Below are positions 1 to 9,541 of a stretch of DNA of 63,558 nucleotides, one piece after another. The stretch's first letter is position 1, and each line of letters starts with the position of its first letter. Position numbers and translations under genes: made by a program. Source of the DNA: a virus (taxonomy: Duplodnaviria > Caudoviricetes); the IMG/VR virus record IMGVR_UViG_3300047550_001947, positions 1 to 63,558 of that record, one strand, 5' to 3'. Under the pieces are notes generated by a model. That model ran no database searches. It was not told the origin of the DNA and was given only the letters and a program-made list of their open reading frames with translations.

Positions 1-1
1 C

Positions 2-340
2 CCTGATTTAAGAATTTGGGCAGATCAAGGTGTACTACTACTTAACAGTGCTTTCACTACAGAGTTGAACAAACCCGGTACACATTATCATATATGGAAA
101 TCATTCTTAGTTTACCTTATAGATACTTTAAACTATAACAACCAAGATATTGTTTATATATTACTTGGTAAAGTAGCACAGCAACTTGAAGAGCTTATAG
201 ATGACAGCAAAAATCTAATCTTAAAAGCTCAACACCCTGCGGCTGCAAGTTATAACAAAACAAACTGGGATTGCAATGATGTATTTAATAAAGCAAATGC
301 ATATATTGCAAGTAAGAATAAAGAAATCATACAATGGTAA
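2..340 (+). CDS. ung: Uracil-DNA glycosylase family 1, 5'-truncated by the window edge
   Basis: The frame is open from nt 2: PDLRIWADQGVLLLNSAFT (WAxQGVLLLN motif), then LLGKVAQ and HPAAASY (HPSPLS-like). Confidence 0.92.
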   Translation, partial: PDLRIWADQGVLLLNSAFTTELNKPGTHYHIWKSFLVYLIDTLNYNNQDIVYILLGKVAQQLEELIDDSKNLILKAQHPAAASYNKTNWDCNDVFNKANAYIASKNKEIIQW

Positions 341-534
341 GAGACATTTTAACTGATGTGGTTTGCTATTACATCCGTAAGAAACAAGGGGATAGAAATC
401 CCAAAGTTATTTGTAGATATCTAAAGATGAGGTATGGAATTACCTGCTCAGAATCAGTGGTTGCTAGAAGATGTGAATCAGAAGAATGCCTTCTTAATTC
501 TGAAAGCAGCATAAGCCAGGATGGCAATAATTAA
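334..534 (+). CDS. Small hypothetical protein, possible HTH
   Basis: 66-aa ORF overlapping the UDG stop; ICRYLKMRYGITCSESVVARR looks HTH-like. Confidence 0.5.
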   Translation: MVRDILTDVVCYYIRKKQGDRNPKVICRYLKMRYGITCSESVVARRCESEECLLNSESSISQDGNN

Positions 535-1005
535 TGTAAAGTTGGTAAGCTTTAAAGAGCGCTTATCAACTTCCAAAGATTTAATTGTAAGTTCCTGAGC
601 TTTGATTGTGCTATCTTTAGATTGCATGTCCTTTTCAAGAACAGATTCATAAGACTTATCTCTAATTTGCTTAACAATTGTTTTAGTTTTATAGAGAGTC
701 TTAATCTTTTCAGGACAAGAAATGCTTATTGCGCCTTTATTTATTTTAAGTTTTACATCTCCAATGGTTGTATCAAATACAATATCTTTAAGTTTGAGAC
801 TAATAAACTTTACTGAATAAAAAGTATCAACAGATTTAACAGTATCAATACGAACAATGGTATCAACAACAGTATCAGCCACACAAAGTTTTCTCTTGAA
901 GAACTCTTGTTTGGTCTGTTCAATATACTTTTGTTTAAATGCACGTTGTACTGGGTTACATGCTACCAGAGTAATTAAAATCAATAATGATAATCGGACT
1001 TTCAT
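478..1005 (-). CDS. Putative unimolecular spanin (lipoprotein with C-terminal TM helix)
   Basis: Signal peptide with lipobox LVA-C16, beta-rich and coiled-coil middle, C-terminal hydrophobic helix TNFTLIIAILAYAAF followed by RIKK. Confidence 0.68.
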   Translation of the reverse strand: MKVRLSLLILITLVACNPVQRAFKQKYIEQTKQEFFKRKLCVADTVVDTIVRIDTVKSVDTFYSVKFISLKLKDIVFDTTIGDVKLKINKGAISISCPEKIKTLYKTKTIVKQIRDKSYESVLEKDMQSKDSTIKAQELTIKSLEVDKRSLKLTNFTLIIAILAYAAFRIKKAFF

Positions 1006-1006
1006 A

Positions 1007-1333
1007 TTAAATTTCTGTAGTTGGTTTTATGGGAAGATATTTTGCAATATCAAATGTTTCCTCATGCTTGGCAAATGGAATCATATATGTAGGAGGAATA
1101 TCTTCTTTATGAGGAACAGGAACAGATGTTTGTCTTTTAAAATATGTAGACTTGATTAAGTTCATGTCTTCCTCTAAGGACTTGATTTTAGCTTCTTGTG
1201 AGCTTGACTCTTTTAGTAGAGATTTTATGTCAGATTTCATTTCTTGCATATCTGACCATATCATAGTCCCAAGTATAGTAATTACTGAGGGTGTAATCCA
1301 AATTTTTACTTGATCTATAACTGTATTTGCCAT
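1007..1333 (-). CDS. Single-TM coiled-coil membrane protein (holin/antiholin-like)
   Basis: N-terminal hydrophobic segment WITPSVITILGTMIW, then a coiled coil; directly upstream of the spanin-like gene. Confidence 0.5.
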   Translation of the reverse strand: MANTVIDQVKIWITPSVITILGTMIWSDMQEMKSDIKSLLKESSSQEAKIKSLEEDMNLIKSTYFKRQTSVPVPHKEDIPPTYMIPFAKHEETFDIAKYLPIKPTTEI

Positions 1334-1373
1334 TTGTTTTAATATAAAGTGTTGAAATCTTGTTAATTATGAT

Positions 1374-1381
1374 TAAATTCG
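1374..1381 (+). promoter_or_regulatory. Bacteroidota-type -7 promoter element variant (TAAATTCG) for the replication operon
   Basis: One mismatch to TAnnTTTG, intergenic, upstream of ATG 1409; the same octamer precedes the virion RNAP gene. Confidence 0.45.
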
Positions 1382-1385
1382 TACT

Positions 1386-1401
1386 CACTATAAATATACA
1401 A
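1386..1401 (-). promoter_or_regulatory. Putative phage late promoter (TTGTATATTTATAGTG)
   Basis: Similar AT-rich motifs precede other - strand late units at 23660, 45511, 61582 and 62945. Confidence 0.4.
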
Positions 1402-1408
1402 ACCAGCA

Positions 1409-1897
1409 ATGAAAACAACAAGGAATTTAAAAAAAGCTAGAGAATTAGTTGAAAATTTTAAGAAGACATACCAAAAAGAAATAGGCCTACCTATTATAGT
1501 TTTTGCTTGCTACAATGAAGAAATGACCATGGAGATCTTGTCTTTAAATGATTTAAAGGAGATAGCCGATGAACTAGTTCAGGTTAAAAAATCAATATTA
1601 GATAAAACTAGAAAAAAGGAGGTAATGATATATAAACACATATTTTGTAAAGTAGCAAAAGAAATGGGGTACACATTCAGCTACATAGGAAACTATTTAA
1701 AGATTGACCACAGTACAGTTATACACTCTGTAAACAAAATTAATGACTTATTGGATGTAGAGTCAAAAGAGCATGTGATTGCTTATAGTACATTCATAGA
1801 AAAAGTAAAGGAGAAAATAGAAAATGGAAGAGCTGTTCAATACGCTTATAAGAAAAGGGATAACTCCCAACCAATTGTACATGCTGCATTGTCTTAA
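1409..1897 (+). CDS. Stand-alone DnaA C-terminal (domain IV) HTH protein
   Basis: RKKEVMIYKHIFCKVAKEMGYTFSYIGNYLKIDHSTVIHSVNKI matches the DnaA domain IV DHSTVIH signature; no AAA+ domain. Confidence 0.8.
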   Translation: MKTTRNLKKARELVENFKKTYQKEIGLPIIVFACYNEEMTMEILSLNDLKEIADELVQVKKSILDKTRKKEVMIYKHIFCKVAKEMGYTFSYIGNYLKIDHSTVIHSVNKINDLLDVESKEHVIAYSTFIEKVKEKIENGRAVQYAYKKRDNSQPIVHAALS

Positions 1898-2411
1898 GAA
1901 TAAAGTACAAGCAGTAGGGATTAATCAATATCTAGAATTTAAAGGTCTCACAGATGCAGAATTTGTAAACAGTGATAAAACTTTCACTGAACTTGGTGCT
2001 CAGGTTTATAAAGAACTTGAAGAATTTTTCAGTAAAGAAAAAGCTGATGCATCTAAAAAAATTCTTACAGAAAACTATGCTGAGAACATAAAAAATTACT
2101 TAGATTTGTTCCCCCGCAAAAAATTACCATCAGGTAAACTAGCAAGATCAGACAAAAAAAACATAGAGAACAACTTCAAATGGTTCTTTAAAAATTTTGA
2201 TTATGATTGGGAAACAGTGTTAGAAGCAACTGCACATTATGTTGATGAATATGAGAAGAAAAACTATCTGTATATGCAGACTTCTCAATACTTCATATGC
2301 AAAACACAGGCAGATAAATCTAAACTTTCACAATTAGCAGATTATTGCGCTATGATTAAAGATGGTATTGAACCTGATGAAGACTCTCATTTTAAAGAAA
2401 AAGTAGTATGA
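1824..2411 (+). CDS. Hypothetical replication protein (possible initiator or helicase loader)
   Basis: 195 aa, wHTH-like N-terminus, ATGA-coupled to the helicase gene. Confidence 0.5.
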   Translation: MEELFNTLIRKGITPNQLYMLHCLKNKVQAVGINQYLEFKGLTDAEFVNSDKTFTELGAQVYKELEEFFSKEKADASKKILTENYAENIKNYLDLFPRKKLPSGKLARSDKKNIENNFKWFFKNFDYDWETVLEATAHYVDEYEKKNYLYMQTSQYFICKTQADKSKLSQLADYCAMIKDGIEPDEDSHFKEKVV

Positions 2412-3367
2412 ACAACCTATGGATACCCCGTAAAGATGGTTTTAAGAAGGCATTAGAATACATGAAAGGTAGAGCTAATGGTTCTATTAAATCAGTGCAA
2501 ACCCCCTGGCCTAAATTTAATGATGCCACAACAAATGGATTAGAGTGGAATACTCTATCAGTAATAGGCGGGAGACCAGGTGCGGGTAAGACTCTGATTA
2601 AAGATCAGATTATACGGGATGCATTTGCATTAAATCCGGGTTCACAGTTTAGAGTATTAGAGTTTAGTTTTGAGATGATAATGCAGACCTCTTGCTTGCG
2701 TGACTTTAGTGCAGCATTAGGAAAGAGTTATAAGCATCTCTGTAGTGCAGCAAATAATGTTATTACACCTGAAGAACTGCAGTTTTGTTATGAACTAGCT
2801 AAACAGAAAGTACACCTTCCTATTGATACTGTAGAGCAACCCTGTACAGTTAATGAGATGCGAGATATAGTAGATCAGTATATTAATGAATATCAAATGC
2901 CTACTATAATAACCGTGGATCATAGTATTCTAGTTAAGAAATCACCATATCATAGAGACAAATATGAAATGTTATATGAGTTTGGTGAGATGTTAACAGA
3001 AATCAAAAGGAAGTACCCTATTATGATGATTATACTTAGTCAGCTTAATAGAAATGTAGAATCACCTGAAAGAAATGAAGATGGTAAGTATGGTAACTAT
3101 ATACTTGACTCTGATATCTTTGGTGGTGATGCATTACTACAACATGCAGACTTGGTTGTTGGCCTTAATAGACCTGCTAAACAAAAAATTAGATACTATG
3201 GTCCTGATAGATACATAATTGAAGATGATAAAACTTTGGTTATGCATTTTCTTAAAGCCAGAAATGGTGATAACAGGATGTCATTCTTTAAAGCAGAATT
3301 TGAAAAAATGTCTATCTCTGAGATGGACACACCACCCACACAAGAAAGAAGAATTAAAACTACATGA
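2408..3367 (+). CDS. dnaB: DnaB-like replicative helicase (RecA-fold domain only)
   Basis: Walker A GGRPGAGKT, FSFEM, ITVDH, ILSQLNR, QHADLVV, KARNG. Confidence 0.92.
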   Translation: MNNLWIPRKDGFKKALEYMKGRANGSIKSVQTPWPKFNDATTNGLEWNTLSVIGGRPGAGKTLIKDQIIRDAFALNPGSQFRVLEFSFEMIMQTSCLRDFSAALGKSYKHLCSAANNVITPEELQFCYELAKQKVHLPIDTVEQPCTVNEMRDIVDQYINEYQMPTIITVDHSILVKKSPYHRDKYEMLYEFGEMLTEIKRKYPIMMIILSQLNRNVESPERNEDGKYGNYILDSDIFGGDALLQHADLVVGLNRPAKQKIRYYGPDRYIIEDDKTLVMHFLKARNGDNRMSFFKAEFEKMSISEMDTPPTQERRIKTT

Positions 3368-3924
3368 TTAACACAATTATTTCTAAACCAAAACTTACTT
3401 CAGAAGAGAAGAAAAAGAAGATTCAGGAATTGTTTGAGTATCATATTCCGACACTCATGCAACAACCTGGACTTGTTGAACCTATCTTCATTCCAAAGAT
3501 GGCCTACAAACCCGCAGGTAAAGATGAAAAACATGTTACATTTTTTGCCAGTGAAATAGAAAAGGCTGAACATTTTGAGACTCCAAAGGATATATTCATT
3601 GAATTTATCAGTAATGAATATAACTCTGAAGATCCAAAGAGAACATTATACAAGTGGAGATTTAATCCTCACTGGAGAACAGAGTATGATACAATTCCTG
3701 CTACAGATACTATACAGGAAAGATATATGATACCTGTTGCTGAGTTGAGAATTATAAACAAAGTAGAGCAGAAACAAGAGGAGCCCAAGAAAATTTCTAT
3801 GGAGTTTGAACTTGTTGATGATGCACCATTTAATATGCTAACTATTAGAGATCTTGCAGCAATTATGCTTAAGAAACCGGTTAGTCAGAAACAATGGTTG
3901 AATGATTTAATAAAACAAAAATAA
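3364..3924 (+). CDS. Hypothetical protein
   Basis: 186-aa ORF, ATGA-coupled within the replication operon. Confidence 0.6.
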   Translation: MINTIISKPKLTSEEKKKKIQELFEYHIPTLMQQPGLVEPIFIPKMAYKPAGKDEKHVTFFASEIEKAEHFETPKDIFIEFISNEYNSEDPKRTLYKWRFNPHWRTEYDTIPATDTIQERYMIPVAELRIINKVEQKQEEPKKISMEFELVDDAPFNMLTIRDLAAIMLKKPVSQKQWLNDLIKQK

Positions 3925-3935
3925 AATATAATAAA

Positions 3936-4619
3936 GTGGCACAGTCAGTATTAGTAATTGCAGAGTCAGGTGCAGGTAAAAGCACTGCTATTGCAAACCT
4001 TACACCCGAAGAAACATTTATCATTAATGTTGCAAACAAACCTCTTCCTTTTAAAGGATGGAAAAAAATGTATCCTATTTGGTCTAAAGAAAACCAGGAA
4101 GGTAGAATGTACACTAGACCATCTGTAAAAGATATAGAAGCTTGTCTTAAATATGTTAATGAAAAGCGCCCAGAAATTAAAAATATCATCATAGATGATT
4201 TTCAGTACATGTCAGCTTTTGAATATTTTGATAGAGCTGATGAGAAAGGTTATGAGAAATTCACAAGCATTGGTAAGAATATGGCCCACATTGCAAGGAT
4301 GCCTATTTACATGCGTGATGATCTTACCATATTCTTTCTAACACATGCAGAAGAATCTCAAGATTTAGAAGGTAGAAGAAAGTTTAAAGCCAAAACTGTT
4401 GGTAAACTTGTAGATAACTCTTTAACTCTTGAAGGTTTATTTTCAATAGTACTTTTTGGTAAAGTAAAGAAAGACAAAGATGGAGCTATGAGATATGTAT
4501 TTGAGACCCAGAACAATGGTGAGAATACATGTAAATCTCCAGCAGGAATGTTTGAGTCATTTGAAATTGCTAATGACTTAAACTTAGTAAAACAAGCAAT
4601 TATTAACTACGAAAATTAA
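3936..4619 (+). CDS. Sak4-like/AAA_24 P-loop ATPase (annealing/recombination)
   Basis: Walker A variant AESGAGKST, Walker B IIIDD, LTHAE, CKSPAGMF; GTG start. Confidence 0.8.
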   Translation: MAQSVLVIAESGAGKSTAIANLTPEETFIINVANKPLPFKGWKKMYPIWSKENQEGRMYTRPSVKDIEACLKYVNEKRPEIKNIIIDDFQYMSAFEYFDRADEKGYEKFTSIGKNMAHIARMPIYMRDDLTIFFLTHAEESQDLEGRRKFKAKTVGKLVDNSLTLEGLFSIVLFGKVKKDKDGAMRYVFETQNNGENTCKSPAGMFESFEIANDLNLVKQAIINYEN

Positions 4620-4623
4620 AATT

Positions 4624-5322
4624 ATGATTAGCACAAAAGACATTCAATCTAAAGGTGGCAGCACGGCTAAAACCTTAAACCCCGGTGAACACACAGTAAC
4701 TATTTACAATCTTGGACTTGAGAAAGTATCTTATAAAGAAGGTGCATACCATCTTGTTCTTAATGTAGAAGGCCCAGATATGGGTTCTGAATTTGAAGGT
4801 TTCTTTAAAGATAAAGATAGACCTGAACTTGGTAGATACAAAGGACAGATTGGTAGAGTAAAGTTTGGTTACTATCCTTTCTCTGACGGTGTAACTAAGA
4901 CAGGTGTAAAGATTAGCAGAGATATAAGTATTCTTAGAGCTATTCAACAAATCTGTATTGCTACAGATAACATGAAATGGTTTGAAGAGGCAGATGGTAA
5001 GTATGAAACCATTGAGGAATTTGTAAATGGTGCTAACAAAGCTATCACTGGTAATAATACACAGATTAGAATGTGCGCAGCCGGTAAAGAATATGAGAAA
5101 GATGGTTATACTAAGTATGACTTATTTCTTCCTAAGTCTTCCATGAATAGTTATGCTATTGAAAATGCTAGTATTGAAGCTAGTAAGTTAATGAAGTTTA
5201 ATCCTGCAGAGCATATCAAAAAGACTGAAGCTAAAACTGTAACACAGTTTGGTGGTAATGATGATAATAATCCTTTTATGGATAGTACACCTGCACCTCA
5301 ATCTACAGAGTTTGAGTTTTAA
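4624..5322 (+). CDS. Putative single-stranded DNA-binding protein
   Basis: Follows the Sak4-like ATPase; beta-rich with an acidic/aromatic tail (DDNNPF...STEFEF). Confidence 0.6.
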   Translation: MISTKDIQSKGGSTAKTLNPGEHTVTIYNLGLEKVSYKEGAYHLVLNVEGPDMGSEFEGFFKDKDRPELGRYKGQIGRVKFGYYPFSDGVTKTGVKISRDISILRAIQQICIATDNMKWFEEADGKYETIEEFVNGANKAITGNNTQIRMCAAGKEYEKDGYTKYDLFLPKSSMNSYAIENASIEASKLMKFNPAEHIKKTEAKTVTQFGGNDDNNPFMDSTPAPQSTEFEF

Positions 5323-5342
5323 CTTTTAAAGTTTATTTGAGA

Positions 5343-5373
5343 AAAGGGGGAAGTTTATTCCCCCTTTCTTATT
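5343..5373 (+). terminator. Rho-independent terminator
   Basis: Stem AAAGGGGGAA / TTCCCCCTTT, loop GTTTA, T-rich tail. Confidence 0.75.
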
Positions 5374-5382
5374 ATTGTATGT

Positions 5383-6336
5383 ATGATTAGCACTAAAGGT
5401 TTATTTGATATTACTAATGTTCCAATAACCTGGGTGTTTGAACATTATTGTAAGTTAACAGAAAAGCTTAGTGGTCAAGATGTTAGAATGAAATCTTTGT
5501 TTAACAGCAATGATAAAACTCCAAGTATGTTTATTTATATAAACAAAGAGAAGGGGGTTTATAAATACAAAGACTTCTCAACTAACAGAGGCGGTGATCA
5601 TGTTGATTTAGTACAGCAGTTATTTGGTTTGCCTGATAGATTCTCAGCTATTGATAGAATAGTTAAAGATTATTCTCTCTACAAACCAGGTGATGCTTAT
5701 ACTATACAAACATTTAAACAGTCACCAAGATATAAAGTAGATACTTGCACACTCCGTAATTGGAATACAAATGATGCCAAATATTGGGGCCAATATAATA
5801 TTGGTAGTAAATTATTGGACTTCTATAATGTAAAACCAATACAGGAGTATGTAATGTTTAAAGAAGAGGATGGTCTGTATAAATCTATAAATGTAAGTTC
5901 TAGTATTCTTTATGGTTATTTTAATAAAGAAGATGAGCTCTGCAAGATATATCAACCCACTAATTCAAAGAAAAAGTTTTTAAAGATCAAAGATTATGTA
6001 CAGGGTAGTGATCAACTACAGGGTAAAGACAAGTTGTTTATTGCATCATCTATGAAAGATGGATTATGCTTAAGAACTATGTTTCCAGATTTTGATTTCA
6101 TTGCACCTGATTCAGAGAATAGTATGATTAAGAAAGAATTTATTTCTCAGCTTAATCATAAAGAAATGTATATAATTTTTGACAATGATGATGCAGGTAG
6201 AATCTCAACAGAGAAATATTGTAATATGTATCCAAATCTAAAACCATTATATTTGCAAGTGGAAAAAGATGTAGCGGATGCTGTTAAAGCACATGGTACA
6301 AAGAAGATACAAAATATAATAAATCATCTTTTATGA
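5383..6336 (+). CDS. DNA primase (DnaG-like TOPRIM, crAss type)
   Basis: Degenerate Zn-finger region SLFNSNDKTPSM...YKDFS; TOPRIM motifs SSMKD and IFDNDDAG...KDVAD. Confidence 0.85.
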   Translation: MISTKGLFDITNVPITWVFEHYCKLTEKLSGQDVRMKSLFNSNDKTPSMFIYINKEKGVYKYKDFSTNRGGDHVDLVQQLFGLPDRFSAIDRIVKDYSLYKPGDAYTIQTFKQSPRYKVDTCTLRNWNTNDAKYWGQYNIGSKLLDFYNVKPIQEYVMFKEEDGLYKSINVSSSILYGYFNKEDELCKIYQPTNSKKKFLKIKDYVQGSDQLQGKDKLFIASSMKDGLCLRTMFPDFDFIAPDSENSMIKKEFISQLNHKEMYIIFDNDDAGRISTEKYCNMYPNLKPLYLQVEKDVADAVKAHGTKKIQNIINHLL

Positions 6337-6698
6337 TATATACAATACATGGTAACACTCCTAGTTCAAAGAATAGTAGAGTATGGACCGGAAGATATAG
6401 TATAGCAAGCGCAGCTACAAGAAAATGGAAAGCTGCTACTGAGCAAGAATTTAAAGATCAAGCTAAAAAGTTTAGAAAAGACATAGCCGGTTTACCAAAA
6501 CCACTGAGAATAGAGTTTAAATTCTATAGAAAAAGTAAACATAAATTTGATTATATAAACATTGCCCAGGCTGTACAAGATGCCATGGTTAAATTTGGAT
6601 GGATAGATGATGACAATGCTGATGAGCTTATTCCTGTTTTTGCTGTTTACGAATACAGTAAAGAAGACCCGAAAGTTGAAATAAAAATATTAAAGTAA
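6333..6698 (+). CDS. rusA: RusA-like Holliday junction resolvase
   Basis: PSSKN, DYINIAQAVQDAMV...WIDDD, PKVEIKI. Confidence 0.78.
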   Translation: MIYTIHGNTPSSKNSRVWTGRYSIASAATRKWKAATEQEFKDQAKKFRKDIAGLPKPLRIEFKFYRKSKHKFDYINIAQAVQDAMVKFGWIDDDNADELIPVFAVYEYSKEDPKVEIKILK

Positions 6699-6931
6699 TG
6701 GAAAAAAAGAAAACGTATAGAGTTGCTTATGCATTCTCTCAAAAAGCTGCTGTTTATGTAGATATAAATGGCTGGGATGCTTTGCTTTCTGACACCAATA
6801 CAGAGCTTGAAAAAGATTATGACTATGGTGTTATTGAGTTTGATACTAAAGCTGAAGCAGATGCCTATGTGAAAGGTGTGGAAGATTCAAATGGTTGGGC
6901 AGATCCTATAGCTATTAGACTTAATGGATAA
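6698..6931 (+). CDS. Hypothetical protein
   Basis: 77-aa coupled ORF (EFDTKAEADAYVKGV). Confidence 0.6.
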   Translation: MEKKKTYRVAYAFSQKAAVYVDINGWDALLSDTNTELEKDYDYGVIEFDTKAEADAYVKGVEDSNGWADPIAIRLNG

Positions 6932-7175
6932 TGATAAATTAAGAGAAGTTAGAAAAGCATATATCTTAGCAAGGGCTCTCAACATTCAGTATGCTTTTAT
7001 TAGAGAGTACTTAAACAATGATCTTAGAAAAGCATGTAATGATGCTAAATCTAAAAATTCTTTCTTTATAAAAACAATAGATCAGGCCTTTAAAAGAAAG
7101 GTTGATGATGCATTTATAGATGCAGAAGAAGAAGAGGCATTCAAATATCTAGAAGAACTAGATAAATTAATTTAA
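6924..7175 (+). CDS. Hypothetical protein
   Basis: 83-aa helical ORF in the operon. Confidence 0.6.
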   Translation: MDNDKLREVRKAYILARALNIQYAFIREYLNNDLRKACNDAKSKNSFFIKTIDQAFKRKVDDAFIDAEEEEAFKYLEELDKLI

Positions 7176-7179
7176 TTTT

Positions 7180-8343
7180 ATGAACAAGCATGAAGAGCTA
7201 GCAATCATCTCTAAAGAGTTGATGCTAGAACAACCATTTTATGGTCTTTTCCTTATTGGTTTGAATAAGGAATTTGGTAAAGCTGTACCTACAGCGGGTG
7301 TCAGTAGACAAAATATTAATTACAAGCTTGTAATTAACCCTGATTTCTGGAATGAATTGAGTAATGATCACAAGAAAGGTTTGCTATGGCATGAGATACT
7401 GCATATAGTTTTTGATCACATTAACTTAAGAAGTAGCTACGCTGATTTTAGACTATTCAACATAGCTGCAGATTGTGAGTTAAATCAATATATTCCTGAA
7501 CACTTACTTCCAGAAGGTGCAATTCTTCCTAGTACATTTCCTGAGCTAAATCTAAAGCTTAAAGCCGGCACTGATTATTATTACAATGAACTTCTTAAAG
7601 ATCAAGAAAATAATAATGGTAATGGTGATGGTAGTTTACAAGATTTACTTGATGCACTAGGTGATGAAGACATGCATGAAACATGGAAAGAATTTGATAA
7701 TATGTCTGAAGCTGAAAAAAGATTAATGACAGCACAGGCAGAATATCAAATACGTGAAGCTGCAGAAGAAGTAATTAAAGCAAGAGGGTATTTACCTGGA
7801 GAGATTTCTAATATATATCATAGGATTACAAATCCGGAGCCTCCAAAGTTTGATTGGCGTAAATATATTAGGAACTTTATAGGTAACAGTTATCAGGTAG
7901 AGACAAGAACATCTAGAAAGAAACTTAACAAGAGATTTCCGGATTTCCCGGCAATGAAATTTAAACCCAAGAAACATATCTTGGTTGCAATAGATACTTC
8001 AGGTTCAGTTAGTGATACTGAAGTTAAAGAATTTCTTAATGAAATATATCACCTGCATAGAGCAGGAACGGAATTAACTGTAGCACAGTGTGATACAAAA
8101 ATCCGAGACATCTCTAAATACAATCCTAGAAAGGATATAACAATTTATGGTAGAGGGGGTACAGAATTTGACCCCATACTAGAGTATTATAATGATAATA
8201 CTCACATCTACACATCCTTAGTTTATTTAACAGACGGTGAATGTACTGCAAGTATTAAACCAAGAGGCAAAATGTTGTGGGTTATTTCCACAAATGGTAC
8301 ACCTAATGAACAATTGCCCGGTCCACAAATCCAACTAAATTAA
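7180..8343 (+). CDS. Metallopeptidase-like + vWA domain protein (DUF2201-type)
   Basis: HEILH and NIAADCELN; vWA MIDAS motifs DTSGS, GRGGTEF, YLTDG. Confidence 0.88.
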   Translation: MNKHEELAIISKELMLEQPFYGLFLIGLNKEFGKAVPTAGVSRQNINYKLVINPDFWNELSNDHKKGLLWHEILHIVFDHINLRSSYADFRLFNIAADCELNQYIPEHLLPEGAILPSTFPELNLKLKAGTDYYYNELLKDQENNNGNGDGSLQDLLDALGDEDMHETWKEFDNMSEAEKRLMTAQAEYQIREAAEEVIKARGYLPGEISNIYHRITNPEPPKFDWRKYIRNFIGNSYQVETRTSRKKLNKRFPDFPAMKFKPKKHILVAIDTSGSVSDTEVKEFLNEIYHLHRAGTELTVAQCDTKIRDISKYNPRKDITIYGRGGTEFDPILEYYNDNTHIYTSLVYLTDGECTASIKPRGKMLWVISTNGTPNEQLPGPQIQLN

Positions 8344-8354
8344 AAATTAAAAAC

Positions 8355-9539
8355 ATGGCACAAGTAAAATTAAACACTAAAGAGTTAAAAGGTTTTGTTA
8401 AGCATTTTATTAACAATAATAGATTTATTCAGAACACTGGTAAAGTTCCCACTGCTTTGAATATTATGGGTAATGCAGGTCTTGGTAAGACCACAATGGT
8501 AGAGCAACTTGCAAAGGAAGAAGGTATGCACTTTGTAAAGTTGAATCTTGCAATGATAGAAGAGTTATCAGACTTGATTGGTTTTCCAATGAAAGAATTG
8601 GAATTGGCTAAGATAGAGAATGGTGCTATTACACAAAAGAAATGGGTTACTGAGATAGAAGCTGAGTTGGGTGTAAAAGCCGGCTTTAAGCTTACAGGTA
8701 AAAGAAGGACTACATATTGCCCACCAGAGTGGATTGCTGATAAAGGTGAGTCTGGTATCTTGTTACTAGATGACTACACTCGTGCAGATCAACGTATGAT
8801 CCAAGCATGTATGGATTTAATCAATACTCAAAAGTATATCTCTTGGCAGTTACCAAAAGACTGGACTATTATACTAACCACTAACCCTGATAACGGTGAG
8901 TATAATGTACAATCTATGGATACAGCACAAACAACCAGATTTGTATCTTGTGAATTGAAGTTTGATGTAAACTGCTGGGCTGAGTGGGCAGAAGAAGCTG
9001 GTATAGATGGTAGATGTATTAATTTTATTATTAAGCATCCTGAGATTGTAACAGAGAAAACTAACCCGCGTGCAATTACTACTTTCTTTAATAGTATTTC
9101 AAGCTTTGAAAGCTTTGAAGAAAACCTTGCTATGATTCAAATGCTTGGTGAGGGTAGTGTTGGCCCAGAAATGAGTCACTTGTTTACTATGTTTATCAAT
9201 AACAAACTTGATAAGTTGATTTCACCACATGATGTATTGTTTAACGAGAGTGAACAATATGTAATAGGTCAGTTGAATTCAAATATTGGTAAGGGTGATG
9301 CTTACAGAGCAGACATTGCTAGTATCTTTAGTACTAGGATTGTAAACTATGCTCTCAATTATTTCAAAACCAATCCTGTTAAAGATATACATATCAAGAG
9401 AATTGAGAAGTTAATTGTTGATGATCTATTTGCTGTTGACTTGAAATATATGATTGTAAGAAATCTTATTAATGGTAACAAGCAAAAGTTTCAGAAACTA
9501 TTGTTAAACGATAAAGTTGTAGAATACACAGTAAAATAA
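8355..9539 (+). CDS. MoxR-like AAA+ ATPase
   Basis: GNAGLGKT, LLLDD, LTTNP, MDTAQTTRF; paired with the vWA gene. Confidence 0.85.
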   Translation: MAQVKLNTKELKGFVKHFINNNRFIQNTGKVPTALNIMGNAGLGKTTMVEQLAKEEGMHFVKLNLAMIEELSDLIGFPMKELELAKIENGAITQKKWVTEIEAELGVKAGFKLTGKRRTTYCPPEWIADKGESGILLLDDYTRADQRMIQACMDLINTQKYISWQLPKDWTIILTTNPDNGEYNVQSMDTAQTTRFVSCELKFDVNCWAEWAEEAGIDGRCINFIIKHPEIVTEKTNPRAITTFFNSISSFESFEENLAMIQMLGEGSVGPEMSHLFTMFINNKLDKLISPHDVLFNESEQYVIGQLNSNIGKGDAYRADIASIFSTRIVNYALNYFKTNPVKDIHIKRIEKLIVDDLFAVDLKYMIVRNLINGNKQKFQKLLLNDKVVEYTVK

Positions 9540-9541
9540 TT

